NCBI GenBank assembly: GCA_045629725.1
Contig: JAZQRT010000002.1
Location: forward strand, 1-48,802
Direction: 5' to 3'
Origin: Eubacteriales bacterium
GTDB taxonomy: Bacteria; Bacillota; Clostridia; Oscillospirales; CAG-272
DNA length: 48,802 nucleotides
This document shows, one piece after another, positions 42,462 to 48,802 of the stretch (position 1 is its first letter; each line of letters begins with the position of its first letter). The notes beneath the pieces were generated by a model. That model searched no databases, had not been told where the DNA came from, and was given only the letters and a program-made list of their open reading frames with translations. A program made the translations under genes and the position numbers.

Positions 42462-43508
42462 ATGATCGAAGAAAAAGATATATCGTTTTTTGCTGAAAAA
42501 AGCAAAAAGATACTTTCCGAGCTTGGAAAGGACATGATCGGACAAAAAGATGTTGTGGAACAGACCGTGATAGCAATGATTGCAGGCGGTAACGTTCTTC
42601 TTGAGGGTGTTCCCGGAGTTGGAAAAACAAGACTTGTTCGTTCCATCGGAAGAACCTTCTCACTTCCTTTTTCAAGAATACAGTTTACTCCCGACCTTAT
42701 GCCCGCTGACGTTACGGGAACGAATATAATTGAAAAAAATGAAAATGGTCAGAACGTGATGAAATTCCAAAAAGGACCTATTTTCAGCAACGTCGTTCTT
42801 GCGGATGAGATCAACCGTGCCACACCCAAAACTCAGTCGGCGCTTCTTGAGGCGATGCAGGAGCATACCGTAACGGCAGGCGGACAGACATTTAGACTTG
42901 ATGAGCCCTTTTTCGTTCTTGCAACACAGAATCCCATAGAGCAGGACGGAACGTATCCATTGCCCGAGGCTCAGATGGACAGATTTATGTTCAAGCTTCT
43001 CGTCGGATTTCCCGGTCGTGATGAGCTTGCAGCCATCGTAAATATGACGCAGGAAACAATGGAAGAAAGAGCCGAAGCTGTTCTCAGCGGTGACGAGCTT
43101 CTTGCTATGCGCAGTGCCGCAAAGGAGATACTTATAATCGATGAGGTTCTTGACTATACAATAAAGCTTGTGAGCGCAACACATCCGGAGCTTGCGGAAA
43201 GTCCCGAAATTGCAAAAAAATACATAAGATTCGGAGCGAGCCCGAGAGCAGCGCAGGCACTTGTCACCGCTGGTAAAGTCAGAGCACTTATGGACGGAAG
43301 GTACAATGTGTCCTTTGATGATATCAACACACTTGCATATCCTGTACTTCGTCATAGAATCAAGCTCAGCTTTAATGCTATTACCGATAAGATAACCGCT
43401 GATGAGATAATCTCCAAGCTTATAAAGCAGGTAAGCGGCAAAAAGGATATAGAACCCGTGGCTACAGAAGAAACCAAAAACAAAAAGGGCTTTCTCGGAA
43501 AGAAATAA
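42462..43508 (+). CDS. MoxR-family AAA+ ATPase
   Basis: ATG at 42462 behind AAAGGAGAAAAG. Walker A GVPGVGKT, Walker B VLADEINRATPKTQSALLEAMQE, FFVLATQNPIEQDGTYPLPEAQMDRF, GASPRA. Confidence 0.9.
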   Translation: MIEEKDISFFAEKSKKILSELGKDMIGQKDVVEQTVIAMIAGGNVLLEGVPGVGKTRLVRSIGRTFSLPFSRIQFTPDLMPADVTGTNIIEKNENGQNVMKFQKGPIFSNVVLADEINRATPKTQSALLEAMQEHTVTAGGQTFRLDEPFFVLATQNPIEQDGTYPLPEAQMDRFMFKLLVGFPGRDELAAIVNMTQETMEERAEAVLSGDELLAMRSAAKEILIIDEVLDYTIKLVSATHPELAESPEIAKKYIRFGASPRAAQALVTAGKVRALMDGRYNVSFDDINTLAYPVLRHRIKLSFNAITDKITADEIISKLIKQVSGKKDIEPVATEETKNKKGFLGKK

Positions 43509-43518
43509 TAAATAACCT

Positions 43519-44415
43519 ATGAAAAAGATAATTGACGATGGCTTTATAGCTATGCTTGAGTCAAGAGATCTGTATATCCACAACCCCATGGATGGGCTTT
43601 TTGGCGGCGGACGTCGTTCAAAGAGCTATGGAAGCTCCGTAGAATTTGCGGATTTCAGGGAATATACGGAAGGAGACGACCTCAGGCGTATAGATTGGAA
43701 CCTCTATGCCCGTTTTGAAAAGCTTTTTTTGAAGCTTTTTGTAGACGAGAGGAGACTCCATCACAGAATTTATATAGATGCCTCTGCTTCAATGGATTGG
43801 GGACGTCCCAATAAGGCAGAAATGGCACTGAAGGTTGCAGCAGCACTTGGATTTCTTGCAGTACAATCCATGGATAGAGTATCATACTATACGATCAACG
43901 AAAAAAGAGCAAAGGGACTTTGCAGGACCGTTGTTGGCAGAGAGGCATTTTATTCCGCTGCAGACCTTTTGAACGGTGTAAAATTTTATGGTGACAGCGA
44001 TCTTGGAAGTGCTATCACCTCCCTTGAAAAAGTGGGAAGGAAGGACGGTCTTTCCATTATCATCTCCGATTTTATGACGGAGAGTGATTGGAAATCGGCA
44101 GTGGATTATTTGCTCTACCACGGCAGAGAGGTAGTTCTGATCAGAATGCTGTCCCGAGACGAGATAACGCCTGCCATAAGCGGAAAGGTATTCATGCTTG
44201 ACACCGAGGCTTTTGATGAGGAAGATGCGAAGAATTTCAAATATGAGGTCACACGTTCCTCAGTCAAAGCATACGAGGAAGCATTTATGTATCATCAAAA
44301 TGAGATAAAGAGCTTTTGTGATTCAAGAAACGTTGGATTTATAACTCTTTGCAGTGACGAAAGTATAGAACGGATGCTCTTCATAAAGGCAACGGAAGGG
44401 GGACTTATCAAATGA
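43519..44415 (+). CDS. DUF58 protein (VWA-like fold, MoxR partner)
   Basis: Hallmark GGGRRSKSYGSSVEFADFREYTEGDDLRRIDWN, followed by a degenerate VWA-like IYIDASASM. Confidence 0.85.
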   Translation: MKKIIDDGFIAMLESRDLYIHNPMDGLFGGGRRSKSYGSSVEFADFREYTEGDDLRRIDWNLYARFEKLFLKLFVDERRLHHRIYIDASASMDWGRPNKAEMALKVAAALGFLAVQSMDRVSYYTINEKRAKGLCRTVVGREAFYSAADLLNGVKFYGDSDLGSAITSLEKVGRKDGLSIIISDFMTESDWKSAVDYLLYHGREVVLIRMLSRDEITPAISGKVFMLDTEAFDEEDAKNFKYEVTRSSVKAYEEAFMYHQNEIKSFCDSRNVGFITLCSDESIERMLFIKATEGGLIK

Positions 44416-46217
44416 GATTTGCAAATCCCGAATGGCTTTGGCTTCTTGTGGGTGTGCCGATTTTGATAATCATTTACCTCATAAGATCAAGACATGAGGA
44501 CAGACCTGTTTCCAGCACCTTTATATGGAAGCTCAGCGATAAATTTGCCAAGAAGCGCTTACCCATTCAAAGACTCAGAAAATTTTTACTTTTTCTCTTG
44601 CAGCTTTTAATGATAATCGTTATATCCTTGATGGCATCTAAGCCAATGCTTAAGGAAGGTCAAACTTACGATTATATTATAGTTCTTGATTCTTCCGCAA
44701 GTATGCAACTCGAAGATGAAAAGGGCGTGAGCAGATTTGAAAGAGCAAAGGAAAAAATATATACTCTTGCAGGCGATTTGAGAAGCGGACATACTGTTAC
44801 CGTTATTCTTGCAGGCAGAGAGGCTTCATATCTTACCCGTCAAACTACTTCCGCAGGAGAGCTTAAGCTCGCTCTTAACGGAGTTCTTTGTTCAAACGGA
44901 ACGAGTGACGTTTCAGCCGCTATAGCTCTTGCACAGGAAATGTGTGACAGAACGGAAAACGCAAAAGTTGTGTTTTTCACCGATAAGGATTTTAAAGAGG
45001 CGGGTAATATAGAAGTTGTTGATTTAAGACAGGATGAATGGAACGTTAGTCTTGAAGGTCTGACTTCAAAAAAAAGAATTGAATATACTCAATTTACAGG
45101 ATATCTTACAAGCTATAATAAGGATGTTACCCTGACAGTGGGACTCAAAATTGACGGTACAACTTCTTACGTATCCACAGTAAGCTGCGAAAAGGACGTT
45201 CAGACTAAGGTTGAATTTGTTACCGATGAGCCCATTGAATTTGAACGTGCGGAGATCTATATTGATGCAAAGGATGCGTTTTTGGGGGATAATTCCTTTG
45301 GGCTTTGTCAGCAAAACCGAAAGAAACATAACGTACTTCTTGTCAGTGCGGCGCCATTATATATAAAAAGTGCTCTTGATTCCATGGGAAACTGTAATGT
45401 GACTGTCAACTATGAGCTTGACCAAAGCGCACTTTCTGGCTATGACCTGTATATATTTGACGGTATTACACCTAAAGAATATCCCGAGGATGCTTCAGTG
45501 ATTGTATTTGGAACGGAAAATCTTCCTTCAGGTATCAGAACCGAGGTAAAGTATGATCTGAAAAACACCCTGACAATGGACACAAAATCTGAAAGTGAAA
45601 TTCTATCAGGGGTTGAGCTCAAGGGAACCGTAGTAAATGGTTATTCACCGCTTATTAGTAACTCAACGTGGGAAAGCCTGTTGTATTGCAGAGGAAATAC
45701 GGTTCTTGCAACCACAGAAACACAAAACGGCACGAGAATTTCCGTTTTTTCATTTGACCTGCATAATTCCAATCTGCCTTTGCAGAGCAGCTTTCTTGTT
45801 CTTATGAAGAATCTTGTGGATTATTCAGTGGATTCAATGTTCAGTAAAACTCATTTTACGGCGGGAGAAACGGTAGGCATCACAATTCTCAGAGGATGTG
45901 AAAATATATATGCCGAGTTTCCAAGCGGAATTATCAAGAGCCTTTCCATACAGGGTGATGAAGCGTCACTTACGGTTTACGACGTTGGAATGTATACTGT
46001 TTTGATGACGGGAGAAACTCTGAAGGAGTATGCTGATATATACGTTGGATTTCCGGAGGACGAGTTTTCTAATGTACAGGGAGGCTTGATTGCCGTAACT
46101 CTTACGGAACAAATAGAAAAGGAAGAGGCTTTTTCAGACGGATGGTTTTGGTTTGCTCTTGCGATCTTGATCATACTTTTACTTGAATGGGGGGTATATT
46201 ATTATGAACAGTATTAA
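44412..46217 (+). CDS. BatA-like membrane protein: aerotolerance-regulator N-terminal double-TM domain + VWA domain + C-terminal TM
   Basis: ATGA overlap with the DUF58 gene. MRFANPEWLWLLVGVPILIIIYLIRSR (BatA_N). MIDAS DSSAS at 44688-44702. C-terminal GWFWFALAILIILLLEWGVYYY. Confidence 0.8.
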   Translation: MRFANPEWLWLLVGVPILIIIYLIRSRHEDRPVSSTFIWKLSDKFAKKRLPIQRLRKFLLFLLQLLMIIVISLMASKPMLKEGQTYDYIIVLDSSASMQLEDEKGVSRFERAKEKIYTLAGDLRSGHTVTVILAGREASYLTRQTTSAGELKLALNGVLCSNGTSDVSAAIALAQEMCDRTENAKVVFFTDKDFKEAGNIEVVDLRQDEWNVSLEGLTSKKRIEYTQFTGYLTSYNKDVTLTVGLKIDGTTSYVSTVSCEKDVQTKVEFVTDEPIEFERAEIYIDAKDAFLGDNSFGLCQQNRKKHNVLLVSAAPLYIKSALDSMGNCNVTVNYELDQSALSGYDLYIFDGITPKEYPEDASVIVFGTENLPSGIRTEVKYDLKNTLTMDTKSESEILSGVELKGTVVNGYSPLISNSTWESLLYCRGNTVLATTETQNGTRISVFSFDLHNSNLPLQSSFLVLMKNLVDYSVDSMFSKTHFTAGETVGITILRGCENIYAEFPSGIIKSLSIQGDEASLTVYDVGMYTVLMTGETLKEYADIYVGFPEDEFSNVQGGLIAVTLTEQIEKEEAFSDGWFWFALAILIILLLEWGVYYYEQY

Positions 46218-48795
46218 TATAACCTTTGAAAACCCGTGGCTGCTTCTTTTATTGATCCCTGCCTTGGCGGTTATACTGATCCCGTTTTTCAGAATACCCA
46301 AAAGCAGAAGAAAAACAGTAAAAAAGATCTTACCCGTAGTGCTCCATTCGGTAATTGCATTTTTGCTGGTGCTCATTATTTCGGGCTTTTCTATCGTTGA
46401 AAAATCACGTACACATGCAGTTATGATACTTGCGGATTTTTCATACAGTACACAAAATCTTCATGAAAATATCAATACCCATGCAGAGGAGCTGCTAAAG
46501 ATTATTGATGAAAAAACTCCCGTTGGTGTTATAGCTTTTTCCGCGGAGCAGATATATAGCATTAAGCTTGACGAGAACACAAAAACTCTGAAAACCGAAA
46601 TATTGGAAAACGAGGCGACAAATATAGCGGACGCTCTTGAATACGCTTTTGAGGTTGCACCAAAGGACAAAGCATTGAGGATAATTCTCCTTTCGGACGG
46701 ACTTGAGAATGAGGGAAATGCCGATGCGATGGCATACTATCTTTCCACACGCGGAGTAAGGATAGACGCTATGTACTACGATAGCATCAATTCTTCCTAT
46801 CCCGAGGTTCAGATAGGTTCGTTTACAGGTCCGGAGGGATGTTACATAGGCACCGAAGTGTCACTTGTGGCAGATATTAAAACCAACCATAACACTTCCT
46901 CAAAAATAAGCCTGTATGACGGTGACACCCTTATTTATACCAAGGATATGGAGCTTAAAGAGGGAAGCAATATTGCCGAGATCAAGCTCATTACCGAAAG
47001 TGCAGGAATTGGGAAATATAAGATTGTTGTATCAGACGTTCAAGATACGGTCGAAAAAAACAATTCAGCATATTTCTGTCTTGACGTTGCAGATCGTCCT
47101 TCAGTGCTTATACTATCTCCGGAAAAGCACAAGGCCAGAGAACTTGAAGCGGTTTTAAAAGTTAATAACAACGTTACCTTAATGACTGCATACGATGCAC
47201 CCAACACTATAACGGAGCTTTGTAAATATGACGAGATAATACTTTCAAACGTTGGATATTATGACCTTCCGAGAAGCTTTGATCAGCTTTTGGATATTTA
47301 TGTATCAGTTTACGGCAGAAGTCTTCTTGCGGTTGGAGGAGATTCCACGTTTATGTATGGAAATATGCTTGATACAACCATTGAAAGTATGCTTCCCGTT
47401 GAGTTTAAATTAAATGAAAGCGTTGAGGGAAGAACGGTTGCACTCATGCTTGTTCTTGACTGTTCATCAAGTATGAATACAGAGAGAATGACGGTTTCAA
47501 AGCAGGGTGCAATAAACTGTTTGCAGGTCATGTCGGAAAATGATTATGTTGGAATCGTTTCCTTTAGTACCGAAGCATATCTGGAGGCGCCCTTAACAGC
47601 GGCAAACGACAACAACAAGGAAACCTTAAAAAGAGTAATATCAGGACTTAAAAACGGAAGCGGAACGTATTATTCTCCTGCGCTCAAGCTTGCCAAGGAT
47701 GAGCTTCTCAAGTCCGATGCGGATATAAAGCACATCATGTTCCTGTCTGACGGACAACCCGTTGACGGAGGATACGATCAAATCGTTATGGAGGCGTCAG
47801 AAGCGGGCATCACAGTTTCCACTATCGGTCTTGGCTTTTATTCGAGTAATCTTGAATATATGGCAATGGTCGGAAAGGGAAGATACTATTATGTTTCGGG
47901 TGCCGATGATCTTCCCGATATCATGCTTTCCGAAACAGAACAAGCCAAGGCAAATTCATATATAGTCGGAGATTTTACTCCCGTTGTTTCAGATTTCGGA
48001 GAACTTACAGAAAATATAGGAGATGCGAAGTTACCAAACCTTGGAGGATATCTGGGCATGACCTTAAAGGAAAACGGAAATGCTTATATTTCCACCGAAA
48101 CAGGACATCCTATTTATTCGGAATGGCAGTACGGTCAAGGTAAGGTTGCGGTATTTGCAAGTGACTTTACAGGCGAATGGTCAAGAGCATGGTTTGACAG
48201 TGACCTTGGTAAATCTCTTATTTCACAGATGGTTGCTACAACTGTTGATGATATTCACAATTATTCCGCCCTTGTACCTCGATATGAAGTGGATGGAAGC
48301 AGGGTTAACGTTTACGTTACATCTCCCAATCAAAAATCGGATAATACCGTTTCAATCGAGGTTCTTTACGAAACTTCCGCAGTTCCCGAGGTTATCCAAA
48401 TGACTGAGCTTTATCCCGGAAGCTACAAGGCTACCTTTGACGTAATCGGTGAGGGAAAATATGAGATAACCTTCAAGGAATATGATAAGGTTAAGACTCA
48501 AATAGATGAAGTAAGGCTGAGTGCCGCTATATCATATCCTGAAGAATATGATAGATTCAAGTCTTCGGGAAAGCCGTTGCTTGAAAATATCTGTAGTTAT
48601 TCAGGAGGTACGGTACACGAAAGCACTTTGTCCCTTGCTGATATCAAAATGCCTTCGATCAGGATATTACACGATCCGGTTATTCCGTTTGCAGTAGTTT
48701 GTATGTTGCTTTTACTTACCGATATAGCGGTCAGAAAGCTAAGATGGCGTGATATAAAAAAATATTTCCTTCGTTTTACGGCAAAGGATCAATAA
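46204..48795 (+). CDS. Large BatA_N-type membrane protein with two VWA domains flanking a GATase1-like (DUF1355-type) domain, C-terminal TM
   Basis: ATG at 46204 overlaps the previous gene by 14 nt. FENPWLLLLLIPALAVILIPFF. VWA1 ILADFSYS...RIILLSDG. Middle domain PSVLILS...YDEIILSNV...LLAVGGDS. VWA2 LVLDCSSSM...IMFLSDGQP...VSTIGLG. C-terminal TM VIPFAVVCMLLLLTDIAV. Confidence 0.8.
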   Translation: MNSINITFENPWLLLLLIPALAVILIPFFRIPKSRRKTVKKILPVVLHSVIAFLLVLIISGFSIVEKSRTHAVMILADFSYSTQNLHENINTHAEELLKIIDEKTPVGVIAFSAEQIYSIKLDENTKTLKTEILENEATNIADALEYAFEVAPKDKALRIILLSDGLENEGNADAMAYYLSTRGVRIDAMYYDSINSSYPEVQIGSFTGPEGCYIGTEVSLVADIKTNHNTSSKISLYDGDTLIYTKDMELKEGSNIAEIKLITESAGIGKYKIVVSDVQDTVEKNNSAYFCLDVADRPSVLILSPEKHKARELEAVLKVNNNVTLMTAYDAPNTITELCKYDEIILSNVGYYDLPRSFDQLLDIYVSVYGRSLLAVGGDSTFMYGNMLDTTIESMLPVEFKLNESVEGRTVALMLVLDCSSSMNTERMTVSKQGAINCLQVMSENDYVGIVSFSTEAYLEAPLTAANDNNKETLKRVISGLKNGSGTYYSPALKLAKDELLKSDADIKHIMFLSDGQPVDGGYDQIVMEASEAGITVSTIGLGFYSSNLEYMAMVGKGRYYYVSGADDLPDIMLSETEQAKANSYIVGDFTPVVSDFGELTENIGDAKLPNLGGYLGMTLKENGNAYISTETGHPIYSEWQYGQGKVAVFASDFTGEWSRAWFDSDLGKSLISQMVATTVDDIHNYSALVPRYEVDGSRVNVYVTSPNQKSDNTVSIEVLYETSAVPEVIQMTELYPGSYKATFDVIGEGKYEITFKEYDKVKTQIDEVRLSAAISYPEEYDRFKSSGKPLLENICSYSGGTVHESTLSLADIKMPSIRILHDPVIPFAVVCMLLLLTDIAVRKLRWRDIKKYFLRFTAKDQ

Positions 48796-48802
48796 ATTAA
48801 AA

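Noticed and set aside
42672-43589. 305-aa ORF antisense to the MoxR ATPase gene.
   Set aside because: The plus strand carries the complete AAA+ motif set. The antisense product is low-complexity with no RBS, so it is a codon-bias shadow ORF.
1-48802. Scan for mobile elements, prophage genes, toxin-antitoxin pairs, restriction-modification or other recognisable defence systems, and for tRNA/rRNA genes.
   Set aside because: I could recognise no transposase, integrase, recombinase, terminal inverted repeats, nuclease/methylase motifs or cloverleaf-like sequences. The MoxR-VWA operon is of the BatA/DUF58 envelope type rather than the effector-linked conflict-system type.

Overview
This 48.8-kb chromosomal segment reads like a strictly anaerobic, low-to-moderate-GC Gram-positive (Clostridia-type) genome. 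It has AAGGAGG-type RBSs, many GTG/TTG starts, lipoboxes, one (S/P)PxTG-type sorting signal, near-consensus sigma-A promoters and hairpin+T-run terminators. I support about 40 real CDSs. I recognise no rRNA, tRNA, CRISPR array, transposase, integrase or phage gene. Blocks from left to right: (i) 2-3310, surface glycan enzymes (NPCBM-module protein, GH36 lipoprotein). (ii) 3379-7475, a decayed XRE regulator and an AraC regulator divergent from a lipase-like hydrolase + MurNAc/GlcNAc kinase + MurQ etherase operon. (iii) 7632-9256, a visibly AT-richer two-gene insert (lipoprotein + internally duplicated membrane protein) bracketed by copies of one hairpin. (iv) 9258-21157, a minus-strand mannoside block: discoidin-tagged metallophosphoesterase, GH38-like enzyme, a 1953-aa wall-anchored GH92 with six discoidin modules, class II aldolase and PfkB kinase. 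(v) 21240-22823, an orphan and two Cys-rich metal-binding proteins. (vi) 22883-34966, a divergon encoding the whole methylaspartate pathway of glutamate fermentation. It comprises a citrate/citramalate-lyase DEF homologue, a two-subunit Fe-S hydratase, glutamate mutase S/L/E and methylaspartase, facing citC, an unknown P-loop gene and citXG. (vii) 35323-40726, a BSP-like metallopeptidase lipoprotein, a membrane-tethered MerR + PLDc_N + ABC-2 exporter, and an SGNH esterase. (viii) 40958-48795, a five-gene membrane MoxR AAA+/DUF58/VWA module. The best candidates for undescribed biology are two. One is the P-loop/tRNA-SAD-like gene embedded in the lyase-activation operon. The other is the MoxR/DUF58/VWA module with its acidic coiled-coil lead gene. 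All family calls come from motif recognition by eye; no database search or computation was run.
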